Source of the DNA: a bacterium
GTDB taxonomy: Bacteria; Zhuqueibacterota; Zhuqueibacteria; Residuimicrobiales; Krinioviventaceae
DNA length: 64,000 nucleotides
NCBI GenBank assembly: GCA_963693055.1
Contig: OY843751.1
Coordinates: 3,584,001 to 3,648,000, forward strand
Reading direction: 5' to 3'
Shown here: positions 38,317-48,140 of the stretch, one piece after another
Layout: every line of letters starts with the position of its first letter
Numbering within the stretch: the first letter of the stretch is position 1
The notes under the pieces: generated by a model
Seen by the model: only the letters and a program-made list of their open reading frames with translations
Told to the model about the DNA's origin: nothing
The model's database searches: none
Translations under genes and position numbers: made by a program

Positions 38317-39330
38317 TTAATAAGCGATTTTAATAGAAAATCTGTTTACACTGTCAAACACGTCAAATGCTGAATAAGAATAGCTGATATCAACTTTCTT
38401 TCCTGCTACTGATGGACAAACTCCAAAACCAGCAGACAAGCCACCAAAGTCAAGATTTGACTGGTAACCACAACGTACAGAAAGCATTTGCATCAGGGTA
38501 TATTCTAAACCAACGTTTACACGTTCAGTATAGTTATTGGGATGAGAAAACTCTACAGCCAATGTCATTACATTGTCTTGGCTGTGATCAGGAGCAACTA
38601 TATCAAGAACATCAATTGCTGCACCCAAAGCAAAAGTCAGGGGCAATTGAGCAGTAATTTCCTGGTGCTTCACAGCAGTTGCAAAGTTGCGAATACTCAT
38701 ACCAAAACGAAAGCTTTTAAAACCGGGATAATATTTCAAACCCAAATCAAAAGCAAGTTTGCCAGCTTCATTATCAACAGAACCGGTTGAAATTGTGCTT
38801 TGACCCAACTGTTGTCTAACATAACGCATATTAGCACCAATCAAGAACTTGGCACTAATGGCACGTGCATAAGAAACACCTATAGCAAGTGCGCCAACAT
38901 TGTCCATCAAACCATTATCAATATAACCAATATCATCTGAAGATGCCTGAGAACTGGGCATCAGACTTGTACCATAAATATCACCATAATCAACAGACAT
39001 AAAACTAACACCAACTACACCTATAGTGTTCAAATTCCATGAAGCTGCTGCTGCAATATATTGAATGTCCGCAATCCACTGAGTAGAAGTAAAAAAAGCG
39101 TCCATTTTTGTGTCTAGTTCTGCCAAACCGGCAGGATTGTAAAAAATTGCTTCTGAGCCGGTACCAACACCGGTGTAGGCATCACCAAAGGAACTTGCTC
39201 TGGGTGATAAACTGACCTGCAGAAAGTTCATGGTGCTTTGTCCTACTTTCTTTAAACCGACTTGAGCCATAAGAGGACTGGCCATAGCGCCGATTAAAAG
39301 AATAATTAGAAATATATAAAGACGTTTCAT
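38317..39330 (-). CDS. PorV/PorQ-family outer-membrane beta-barrel protein
   Basis: Signal peptide; MNFLQVSLSPRASSFGDAY...AIFYNPAGLA hallmark, amphipathic beta-strands and a C-terminal aromatic residue. Confidence 0.85.
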   Translation of the reverse strand: MKRLYIFLIILLIGAMASPLMAQVGLKKVGQSTMNFLQVSLSPRASSFGDAYTGVGTGSEAIFYNPAGLAELDTKMDAFFTSTQWIADIQYIAAAASWNLNTIGVVGVSFMSVDYGDIYGTSLMPSSQASSDDIGYIDNGLMDNVGALAIGVSYARAISAKFLIGANMRYVRQQLGQSTISTGSVDNEAGKLAFDLGLKYYPGFKSFRFGMSIRNFATAVKHQEITAQLPLTFALGAAIDVLDIVAPDHSQDNVMTLAVEFSHPNNYTERVNVGLEYTLMQMLSVRCGYQSNLDFGGLSAGFGVCPSVAGKKVDISYSYSAFDVFDSVNRFSIKIAY

Positions 39331-39354
39331 AATAATATTTCTCCTATTAGTGAA

Positions 39355-41532
39355 TTAACGAACCACAACAAGTTTTTGGTAAGACAGTTCGCCATCAGGT
39401 TTTTCAAAAATAACGATATATACTCCGCTCGCAATAACCTGCTGGCTGGAGGTAAGCATGTCCCATCTTGTCGAACCGGCAAGAACCGGGCTATCATGCT
39501 CGATAGTTTGTACCAGATCACCAAATTCGGTACAAATTTTAATCGTCACTTTAGGAGGAAGATTAAAAAAGATGATTCCACGTTGATCAGTCCAACCGTA
39601 TGTCAACAGCGCCGGATCATTAATGTTATAAGGATTAGGCACGATGCGAATTTTAGACAAATCGTCCTGCGAACGACGTGGAGGATCAATCCATTGAGTT
39701 GTAGGATTATAAACACGACCGCTCCAGATAATATTACCTCTTTCACGGGGTGATGCATTCATATCATTTTCAGATACTCTTACACCTGCCTGAACATAGT
39801 AATAATAAGATGCACCCGGCAGTACACTGGTATCCTGGAAGATATGTTCACCATTTGTACCATCGCTGCCATCTGTAGTATAAGCTACATCATAAAATGT
39901 AGTATCTTGATTGGAAATTTTACGCATGATACGGTAACCCGCAAAATTTTCCATTTGTTCAGCTTCAGCATCTGACCATTTTACTTCAGCATATTCCGGG
40001 TAACCGGTAATGGTTACAGACGGAGGTGGAGGTGACATGGGTACCATGTATTTGTGATCATAATTCCACTGTGCTTCATAAGCGGCTTTATGCAAAGAGT
40101 CAATACCCGTACTGATCCAAAGATCTTTATTGATATCAAATTGATTTGCACCATTTGGAAATTTAAAATTATCTGGAAAGTATCCCGTTTCATCATTGGG
40201 AAGATCTTCCGGAGCTTCCAGAGTTTGGTTATACCAACCGTTACCAACTTCTTTCATCTTTTCTATACCAATACCAGATTCACCACTTGCATATGCAATG
40301 TGCAGTGACTGACCGGGTTCAAAAGTATAAGGACCAAATACAACATAACGTCTTGGAAAAGCACCATCGTGACTGTGACCAACACCCATTGCATAACAAT
40401 CCGGGCTGCCATATTCATCAGTATTCATACGATGATATGTACCTTCATAGTTACCTTCCATTTTAAGGGCACCTTCTTTACCAAAATATCCCTGCAGGTA
40501 TTTTTGGTATTTTTCACCCAATGGATCGTTGGGGTAACCAGAAGGATCATCAATTGGCAAATTTTGAGATGTCATGGTAAAGGTTACTTTGGGTTGCAAT
40601 GGATCATTTACAGAATTATCAGCAGCACCACTAAATGGAGCTTCAGAAGCATGCAAAATGGCCCACCATTCAAAACCGGTTTCAATCATACGGCCTTTTT
40701 GTGATACAACAGGGCCACCCATCATATCACCAGATGTGCGTGGATCATCTGCCATGTACTGATAGAAAATACGCAGGCTGTCACCAGGTTTTGCACCATA
40801 ATAATGCAACCATTCAGTTTGGTCTATCCAACCTTCATTATCATCCGGAGAAGGATTACGACCATTTGCGCGCTGTGTACCCGATTCCTGCTGCCACATA
40901 AAAATCACAAAATCATTCAGAGTCTGATCACCCTTGTGGGTAAAATCAAGTTCTGTGATAATATAATCATCATGATATTGATTTGAAAAAGCAACAACTT
41001 TACGACTCAGTTCAACACCATTCTCATAACGAGTTGTATAAGTAACGGTTTGATCACTGTTACCAATCATTTTAGAAGCATCAATATCTCCATACCAGTC
41101 AAGGGTAACATCTTCAAAGTTTACATAACTTTGTTTGTAACCATATCGGGTATAACTCTGCAACGGTTCAACATTATCACCTTCAGGTTTATCAGGAGGT
41201 GAAGGAACAAACAGTGAATATGGAACGGTTTCACCTTGATAATTATAATTACTGGCAGCCAGAAAGATATTACCACCAGTATAACATTCTCCCCATCTCA
41301 TATTATTACCAATGGCGTTGATATCTGCAGGGAACCATCCACTGGTAAAATCCGCAGATACATTGCCACCACCGTCACTTGCATTTGCCCAGTAACGGCC
41401 CACTTTAATCAATGTAGACTTTACAGCTGCTGTGGCGGGATCCCAAAACAACAGTGTAAATAATAACAAGATTACCATTCCCAGACTTAACGGGGAAAAT
41501 AGTAGTCTTTTATGTAAAATCTGTTTCCTCAT
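39355..41532 (-). CDS. Secreted protein with an Fn3-like domain and a T9SS-CTD/FlgD-like C-terminal domain; candidate surface glycan-binding partner of the TBDR
   Basis: Signal peptide; C-terminus KIRIVPNPY...IIFFNLPPKVTIKICTEFGDLVQTIEH...WDMLTSSQQVIASGVYIVIFE...QKLVVVR. Confidence 0.75.
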   Translation of the reverse strand: MRKQILHKRLLFSPLSLGMVILLLFTLLFWDPATAAVKSTLIKVGRYWANASDGGGNVSADFTSGWFPADINAIGNNMRWGECYTGGNIFLAASNYNYQGETVPYSLFVPSPPDKPEGDNVEPLQSYTRYGYKQSYVNFEDVTLDWYGDIDASKMIGNSDQTVTYTTRYENGVELSRKVVAFSNQYHDDYIITELDFTHKGDQTLNDFVIFMWQQESGTQRANGRNPSPDDNEGWIDQTEWLHYYGAKPGDSLRIFYQYMADDPRTSGDMMGGPVVSQKGRMIETGFEWWAILHASEAPFSGAADNSVNDPLQPKVTFTMTSQNLPIDDPSGYPNDPLGEKYQKYLQGYFGKEGALKMEGNYEGTYHRMNTDEYGSPDCYAMGVGHSHDGAFPRRYVVFGPYTFEPGQSLHIAYASGESGIGIEKMKEVGNGWYNQTLEAPEDLPNDETGYFPDNFKFPNGANQFDINKDLWISTGIDSLHKAAYEAQWNYDHKYMVPMSPPPPSVTITGYPEYAEVKWSDAEAEQMENFAGYRIMRKISNQDTTFYDVAYTTDGSDGTNGEHIFQDTSVLPGASYYYYVQAGVRVSENDMNASPRERGNIIWSGRVYNPTTQWIDPPRRSQDDLSKIRIVPNPYNINDPALLTYGWTDQRGIIFFNLPPKVTIKICTEFGDLVQTIEHDSPVLAGSTRWDMLTSSQQVIASGVYIVIFEKPDGELSYQKLVVVR

Positions 41533-41581
41533 AATTGTCTCCAGTCGGTTAAAATGAAAACCAATTTACATTTCAGGTTCA

Positions 41582-44500
41582 TTAAAAGTCCACCTTTAAA
41601 CCAAACCATATCTGTCTCTGTTCACCATACATCAGAAAAGTTCTATCAGGATCGTTGATATAAGGCTTGTCATCAGATCTCAAGTCTCCGGGTTTGTCAT
41701 CACCGGCAATGTATTGGCCAGGATTGAGTTCACGCAGTTTATCAAATTCAGGTGAATCATACATGGGCAAATGTAATGATCTGAGATATTTGTTTGTATC
41801 ATCGCCATTCGAAAATGGATAACCATAAGCCATCAGGTTGACTTTGTAATTGAATACATTGTCAACATCCATATAGAATGTAAAATTGGTATGTTTGGCG
41901 GTAAAGGTTTTGCTGAGACGCATATCGACCATAAAATAATCTGGCCAGTTCATATTGTCTTCAAGATGAAGTTTGCTCAATGGGTTCCAGGTAAAGAATT
42001 CACCTTTTCTCCATGTGGGTAAAATACTGAGATGGAAATCACTCAATACATGATTACCTGCAACTTGAGGACCGAATTCAGCAGGAGTATGGAAAATAAT
42101 ATTTGCAGTAAAATCAGGTTGTGGTTTTGGACGAGATTCATCACCCTGGTACAAACCTTCCTGATCACTCATTACATTATCTTCGGTAATCATACTACGA
42201 CCGGTAGTACCGCTTTTTGTAATCATGTAACGGAAATTCAACCAACCGGAAATCCAGGTACCTGTCTGCTTGGTAATAGTTAATTCAACACCTTGAATAT
42301 CTTCATAATTGTTGTTTGCTCTGTAATCATAATTTAACAAACCAGAAGTATCTCTGTAATTGATATCACCATGCTGACCGGTAATATCTTTATAAAAACC
42401 AGCCACGTGTACCAAATATTGATCAACCAGATTATAATCTACACCCAATTCGTAAGCAATTGTTCTGGGTGGTTCAAGATTGGGATTACCCAATTCTTCC
42501 AAATTATTTTTGCTTGAATTACGATAGTGGTTCAAAAACATTTTTGAATAAGGAACGGTTGAACGGAAATGTCCATAGTTGAAATAGATTTTTGAACGGT
42601 CAGTTACTGGAAAAGAAACACCTAAACGTGGACTGATAGAGAGATGGTTCTCAATATCTTTGAACAATTCAGGATGATCTTTGGCATATTCATCCAATTG
42701 TGCCCAAATATGTGATTCACGATCTTGCAACATACCGATCAAAGTATCAGAATCTTTTACTTCCCAGGCTTCTGTAGCAAACAAATCGCCATCAGGCCAT
42801 TGGCCGCCGCCAGAGTTGTAATAATCCATACGCAAACCAATGTTTGCAACCATACCCTCAAACGTCAATTGATCTTGAATATATGCACCAAACTGTTTGG
42901 GTTTTCTATGATAAGCAAATTCAAAGGTATTATTGACATATGCAGGTCTTTCTTTCCACTGGAACATATCAATATCAAAATAATTATATTCAATACCGGT
43001 TTTCAGATAGTTGTGATCTGTAACCTGGCTGCCCAAATGGAATTTAACACGGTATTGCTGTTCTTTAGAATCATCATACAAGTTACCACCTTTATTACCA
43101 AAACGTTCTGAAACACCTGGCACTTGTTCATAATAATTCCATTCCCAATCTTCAACATAATAACTGCTTTCAGCAGAGTAACGACCATAAGGCATCTCTG
43201 TAACTGAAATTGGGCCGAAACGTGCTTTAACATCGGTATTACGGGTATCTTCCGGGTAAGATTTATTATTACTTGCCATATAACTCATTGTCAATTCCCA
43301 GAAAGTTTTGGGACTGAGAATATGGTTCAAAGTAATACCACCCATTTTTGTGTAAACATCCATTGCAGTATAATAAGTAGGATACAACCAATAAGCAGTT
43401 CCATCACCTACCCAAGTGTTAAGGTTATTAACTCTCATCAAACCACCACGGCCATCACCACTAGGAACATCACCAGCTGCAGAACGGCTTGGGCTTACAC
43501 CAGCAATTTTGCGATAAAAGCCATTGGCTTTTAAAGACAGGTTGTCAGTAATATTGGATTTTACCGTTAACATGGTCATAGTTGTAAATTCATTATCACG
43601 TATGACGGGTTGAGTATAGTAGTATTTCGAAGTCTGGTTAGACAAATAAAAAGTAGCATTTCCCAACGCTTTGCTAACTAGTGGAACAGGGCCACCAAAA
43701 CCAGCATCAAACTGATAATCAGAAGAAGAACCCTCTTCATCGTGAGCATGATCAATTAAAGCTTGTTGCAGATTAGAAGGAACACTGTAACCGGCAGCAC
43801 TTAACGCATTAAAATCCGGAACAGCCTGGAACATCCACGCAGAAGCCAAGTATAAATCAAGAGGAGTGACTTGATCCGCAGGATCTTTACCAGCGTTATA
43901 ACTTTCTGCCTGCGCGTTCCATCCGCTGAATGTACGGAATTGCTCCTGCATATTACTATCACCGGCCCATCCTGCAGCAGTACCTACAAATGCTACCTGA
44001 GGATCGTAGTAAGAACGGAGCAGCCAGTTATTTGTGTCATAAGCAGATTGGCCAAACCGTTTAGGAGAACCGGTTGACATTGAATAATTCAATTGTCCAT
44101 GATATTTCGGAGAGCCATCCTTGGTTACTACATTGATAAGACCAGAACGAAAGTTACCATATTCTGCGTTAAAACCACCGGTCAAAACAGATACCTGCTC
44201 AATTGCGCTGAGCGGTATTGTAGATTGCGCGTTACCCAAGGTAGCGTCAACAAAAGTTAGTCCATTGATCATGGTACCAGTCTGGTCAGCTGAGCCTCCG
44301 CGAATTCCCAAATTTTCAGCATCTGTAATACCAGCCTGTTTTGACAAAAAATCGCCAACAGAACGAACACCCGCGGCATCTTCAATCAGCTCACCAGTGA
44401 TTACCTGTTGACTATTAGATACGTCTTTTTGAAGGATTTGACGATCAGCAACTACGGTTACCTCCTGCCCCTCAATAACGGCAGTCTGTAAATCGAAATT

Positions 44501-44827
44501 TACTGTACGGATTTGGTCAAGAGAAATTAAAACATTTGTTTTGATTAATTTTGTATACCCCATCATTGATGCTTCAACATTGTAGGTTCCAACCGGAATG
44601 TTCACAATTGAAAAACGACCTTCAATATTTGTTGCGGCCCCTATCATGGTGCCTTGAATGGTAACATTTGCTCCAGGTAATACTTCCTGAGTTTCAGCAT
44701 CCCGAACGATACCAGTAAGTCTACCGGTTGTTTGGGCATGCAAAGAGAAAGAAATCAGCAGCAATAGAAATACTGAAGCCAACTTCATTTGAAAATGTTT
44801 GGAAATTAATCGAGTTATCATTCCCAT
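41582..44827 (-). CDS. TonB-dependent receptor with N-terminal carboxypeptidase-regulatory-like domain
   Basis: TTGRLTGIVRDAETQEVLPGANV, IRGGSADQ, GGFNAEYGNFRSGLINVVTK, SPRLGVSFPVT, GNPNLEPPRTIAYELG and C-terminal Phe. Confidence 0.93.
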   Translation of the reverse strand: MGMITRLISKHFQMKLASVFLLLLISFSLHAQTTGRLTGIVRDAETQEVLPGANVTIQGTMIGAATNIEGRFSIVNIPVGTYNVEASMMGYTKLIKTNVLISLDQIRTVNFDLQTAVIEGQEVTVVADRQILQKDVSNSQQVITGELIEDAAGVRSVGDFLSKQAGITDAENLGIRGGSADQTGTMINGLTFVDATLGNAQSTIPLSAIEQVSVLTGGFNAEYGNFRSGLINVVTKDGSPKYHGQLNYSMSTGSPKRFGQSAYDTNNWLLRSYYDPQVAFVGTAAGWAGDSNMQEQFRTFSGWNAQAESYNAGKDPADQVTPLDLYLASAWMFQAVPDFNALSAAGYSVPSNLQQALIDHAHDEEGSSSDYQFDAGFGGPVPLVSKALGNATFYLSNQTSKYYYTQPVIRDNEFTTMTMLTVKSNITDNLSLKANGFYRKIAGVSPSRSAAGDVPSGDGRGGLMRVNNLNTWVGDGTAYWLYPTYYTAMDVYTKMGGITLNHILSPKTFWELTMSYMASNNKSYPEDTRNTDVKARFGPISVTEMPYGRYSAESSYYVEDWEWNYYEQVPGVSERFGNKGGNLYDDSKEQQYRVKFHLGSQVTDHNYLKTGIEYNYFDIDMFQWKERPAYVNNTFEFAYHRKPKQFGAYIQDQLTFEGMVANIGLRMDYYNSGGGQWPDGDLFATEAWEVKDSDTLIGMLQDRESHIWAQLDEYAKDHPELFKDIENHLSISPRLGVSFPVTDRSKIYFNYGHFRSTVPYSKMFLNHYRNSSKNNLEELGNPNLEPPRTIAYELGVDYNLVDQYLVHVAGFYKDITGQHGDINYRDTSGLLNYDYRANNNYEDIQGVELTITKQTGTWISGWLNFRYMITKSGTTGRSMITEDNVMSDQEGLYQGDESRPKPQPDFTANIIFHTPAEFGPQVAGNHVLSDFHLSILPTWRKGEFFTWNPLSKLHLEDNMNWPDYFMVDMRLSKTFTAKHTNFTFYMDVDNVFNYKVNLMAYGYPFSNGDDTNKYLRSLHLPMYDSPEFDKLRELNPGQYIAGDDKPGDLRSDDKPYINDPDRTFLMYGEQRQIWFGLKVDF

Positions 44828-44922
44828 CTCCTTTTAATTATTGTCAAAATGGATTATTTGTTGCATGCATGTAATGTTGGAAATCACCTCCTTTTGCTAT
44901 TTTATTTTTTACATTTTTAGGT

Positions 44923-45022
44923 TTTACTGCTGTTGCTATCTTCCTATTCAGCAACAGCAGTAAATATATGTAGTATAAATACTGCCTTAGCTAATCCTGC
45001 TCCAAAAATCAGGAGCAGGATT
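44923..45022. repeat. Two perfect hairpins in the TBDR upstream leader
   Basis: TTTACTGCTGTTGCT (44923-44937) / AGCAACAGCAGTAAA (44950-44964) and AATCCTGCTCC (44993-45003) / GGAGCAGGATT (45012-45022). Confidence 0.85.
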
Positions 45023-45193
45023 TAGGGTAAAGGAGACGTTCAACTGCCACGAGAAATGATAATTGGGTAGTATTATCCAAATGACAACTTAAACGTTATA
45101 GTAGGAATTTTGTGTTTTTTGGGGATTTTATCAACGCCAGATCACGTATTTCTTTCACCAAAATGCGAATTGTTAAATGAGGGGAAATTTGGT

Positions 45194-45235
45194 AAAAAAA
45201 CAAATGTGTGCGGTAAAATTAATTACCGCACACAT
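45194..45235 (-). terminator. Intrinsic terminator downstream of the XylR-type regulator
   Basis: ATGTGTGCGGTAA (45204-45216) / TTACCGCACACAT (45223-45235), followed by TTGTTTTTTT on the minus strand. Confidence 0.78.
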
Positions 45236-45313
45236 GTTACATTTTAACATAACATGTTAATTATATTAAAAATAGACTACAATGGCCCAAAATTAGAAGA
45301 AAAATGAACAAGC

Positions 45314-45333
45314 TACTGAATATATATTCAGTA
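45314..45333. repeat. Perfect 20-bp palindrome TACTGAATATATATTCAGTA
   Basis: Read directly from the sequence; function unknown. Confidence 0.8.
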
Positions 45334-45366
45334 CAATATTTTACCAATTTACGCACACTTGACAGT

Positions 45367-46539
45367 TTACAATTTTTTACAAGTATGCTCTTTTCTAAAT
45401 TCCAGAGGAGTCATACCCACCATGTCCCGAAAATATCGAGAAATATGAGCTACATCCGGAAAATCCAACTGACATGCGATTTCTGTTATAGTCATATCAG
45501 ATTCTACTAACAATTTTCGTATTCGTAAAATACGTGCTTGTTTTATTTCAAAATGCACTGATCTGTCAAGTTCACGTCTGAATTTCTTTTCAAGTTGACG
45601 CCTTGATATTGCTACAGCACGCGCAACCTGATCAACTTTGAGTGCCTTTTGATTATGTTGATGTATATATTTCACTGCCTGTGCTACAGTCTCATCCTGC
45701 ACTGTTAGAATATTAGATGATTGCCGAACAATGACTTTTACCGGTTGTATAGATACAAGATTATCCTCATCTTTTTTTCCATTAATCCAGTTGGCTAATT
45801 TTTGAGCTGCTTCATAACCAGATTTTTCCAAATCAAGTTGAATACTGGATATAGGAGGATACGATGTATCGCAAAGGGTTATATCATTCCCAACACCTAA
45901 TATTGCAACATCATCGGGCACACGCATTCCTGCAATTTTTGATGCTTCAACAAGCTGTGCTGCCCTGTCATCATTACATGCCATAATAGCAACAGGTTTG
46001 GGTAACGATTCTAACCATTGCGCAATTAATGTAGGTTCTTCAAACCATGCAGCATGACTATTATTCAAAGGCGGCGTATAAAAACGAATATCATATCCGG
46101 CATCAATTATAGCTTGTGAATACCCCAATTCCCGCTCCAGAGACCACCACCATTCATTAAAACCGCAAAAAGCAAAATGCTTGAAACCACGCTCCAGCAT
46201 GTGCTTTGCGCCCATTTCTCCAATAGCCTTATGATCTGCAACAATATTTATAACATCATTAATTTTACGTTTAGAATAAGGAGCACTAATAATTGGAATA
46301 CCTGATTTCACATATTCTTCAAGATTCTCGGGTTCGCGCAGAAAAACACCCTGAACCATTTTCGAATGAACCATGTCCATTAAATGTGAATTTCTTTCGG
46401 AATTACGATAATCAAATGACCGACATATAGCCCAATCGTGCGCACAGGATTTTGCATACTCGGTAAATCCTTGTATTAACCCAAATGTATACTTTCTCTT
46501 GGGTTGAATTAACAATAAAATATTTTTTAAATTTTCCAT
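45367..46539 (-). CDS. XylR-type regulator (periplasmic-binding-like sensor + AraC HTH)
   Basis: HMLERGFKHFAFCG, LPKPVAIMACNDDRA, VPDDVAILGVGND, ISRRQLEKKFR and ISRYFRDMVGMTPLEFR. Confidence 0.93.
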   Translation of the reverse strand: MENLKNILLLIQPKRKYTFGLIQGFTEYAKSCAHDWAICRSFDYRNSERNSHLMDMVHSKMVQGVFLREPENLEEYVKSGIPIISAPYSKRKINDVINIVADHKAIGEMGAKHMLERGFKHFAFCGFNEWWWSLERELGYSQAIIDAGYDIRFYTPPLNNSHAAWFEEPTLIAQWLESLPKPVAIMACNDDRAAQLVEASKIAGMRVPDDVAILGVGNDITLCDTSYPPISSIQLDLEKSGYEAAQKLANWINGKKDEDNLVSIQPVKVIVRQSSNILTVQDETVAQAVKYIHQHNQKALKVDQVARAVAISRRQLEKKFRRELDRSVHFEIKQARILRIRKLLVESDMTITEIACQLDFPDVAHISRYFRDMVGMTPLEFRKEHTCKKL

Positions 46540-46572
46540 AATCGTTCTGCTTTAATTATTCTAGAAACCGTT

Positions 46573-48123
46573 TTAAATATCGCAAGTTATTGATGATAGC
46601 TCTAACTGTCTGGCAACCAATTTTTTATCAACATAAACAGACAATCCTTTCCCGTGTTCGTATTTTTTTCCAGATTCATCCCAAATAATTGTCAAAAGAT
46701 GACCGCGAACTTTTAAATTATCCAAACAAAACCAATCCCACTCACTGGCAGGCAAAAGTGGTGAAATAACAACTTTATTTTTTTGAGCTTGTAAACCAAC
46801 AAGACCAGATATAACCAGATCACAAAAAGTTGAATGATTGTAAAAGATACTTCGCGGGTTATCTCCCTTTAGCCACTCTCCGGTAGTTTCATCCTGATAT
46901 TCTCCAATATATGGATATCCATTCTTTTGATGGGAATGGGCATAAACTTTTAAAGCATCAAAAAAATGCTTTCCTGACATTGAATGGTTTTTGTAATGAT
47001 GCAATAAATTTGACAATCCCTTCAACGTCTGAGAGGTTGCAAATGGCCAAATGGCCCCATCCCACTCACAACTTCCGGTTCCATGCGTTCTAAACCGGGG
47101 ATGTCTTCTCTCTGCGGTTGTTAAACCCCATGGGGCTGAAAATCCCTGCTCATCCAGAATCTGGTTCCATGCCTGGGCATATTGCTGCTCATCATAGACC
47201 AGGTCAAACATCCAGGGGATGTAACCAATCTCTTCTCTTGCATCAGACAGAATGCCATCTGTAAAACGTACTTTGAAAAAATTGGCATCAGAATCCCAAA
47301 GATTTTCATGAACCATTTTTTTTATATGCTCTGCCCTTTCCTCAAAAATATGAACAATGTCCTGACGCTTTGCTAACCTTCCAATTTCAGCAATAGCCAA
47401 AGCATTGGCATACATATAACTATTGATTGTAGGACGCGCATTCTGATCACTTCGTGAGCCGCTTATAGATTCTTCCATACCATCTTTAACATCGTGCTGC
47501 CAAAACAGCCCCGAATCCAGTAAACGCTCATCTTCCCAACGCTCATAATCTTTAATAAAAACATCCAACAGATCAACTACAAAACTAGTGTCACCATTGA
47601 CTAAAAATCGCTGATAGATTGCATCAGGTACCCAACTACTAAACTGGTGAATATGCTGCTGAGGGTCTCCATTATTTTTCCTGAACCAAAATTGGATATA
47701 TTGATCAATATATTGATCATCTCTTAGCCATCTGCCCTCTGCAATATGGTGCCCTAACGCACAACTAATTGTATTGTATTTGCCGGCATGTTTGACAGGG
47801 GTAATAAATTCAGTAAATACAAATCCATCAAGAGTTTGTTTGAGATGTTTTCTAAATGTCCACCAACGATAATAATAAATTTTTTCTATTTCTTTATCAG
47901 GACATTCAAACAAGGGGATATTATGGCCAAGCCAGGTTAGAGCGCTTTCATCAGGAATGAAATTGACTATAGCTTCTGTGTTGGTTTTATTAAATTCATG
48001 AATATATTGAGAAAAAAAAGAAGAATCCAGAACAGAGCCAGACAACTCTGCTGACTCTTTAAATTGAGTGCAGGAAGTAAAAGAAATACTGAAAACTATC
48101 AAGATCATCCAAACAAACCGCAT
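46573..48123 (-). CDS. MGH1-like (alpha/alpha)6 glycosidase, candidate GH142 beta-L-arabinofuranosidase (resembles the C-terminal part of BT1020), lipoprotein
   Basis: Lipobox TSC; IPLFECPD..YYYRWWTFRKHL, ISCALGHHIAEGRWL, DGMEESISG, RPTINSYMY, CEWDGAIWPFATSQTL and YNHSTFCDLVISGLVG. Confidence 0.7.
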   Translation of the reverse strand: MRFVWMILIVFSISFTSCTQFKESAELSGSVLDSSFFSQYIHEFNKTNTEAIVNFIPDESALTWLGHNIPLFECPDKEIEKIYYYRWWTFRKHLKQTLDGFVFTEFITPVKHAGKYNTISCALGHHIAEGRWLRDDQYIDQYIQFWFRKNNGDPQQHIHQFSSWVPDAIYQRFLVNGDTSFVVDLLDVFIKDYERWEDERLLDSGLFWQHDVKDGMEESISGSRSDQNARPTINSYMYANALAIAEIGRLAKRQDIVHIFEERAEHIKKMVHENLWDSDANFFKVRFTDGILSDAREEIGYIPWMFDLVYDEQQYAQAWNQILDEQGFSAPWGLTTAERRHPRFRTHGTGSCEWDGAIWPFATSQTLKGLSNLLHHYKNHSMSGKHFFDALKVYAHSHQKNGYPYIGEYQDETTGEWLKGDNPRSIFYNHSTFCDLVISGLVGLQAQKNKVVISPLLPASEWDWFCLDNLKVRGHLLTIIWDESGKKYEHGKGLSVYVDKKLVARQLELSSITCDI

Positions 48124-48140
48124 AATCTTTTCCTACTCTG

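Noticed and set aside
38317-41532. A complete type IX secretion system locus
   Set aside because: Only a PorV-like barrel and one CTD-like protein are present; no porK/L/M/N or sprA in the window.
45314-45333. LexA/SOS box
   Set aside because: It reads CTGA rather than CTGT, lies downstream of a gene with no SOS target nearby, and the lineage is probably not proteobacterial. Kept only as an unexplained palindrome.
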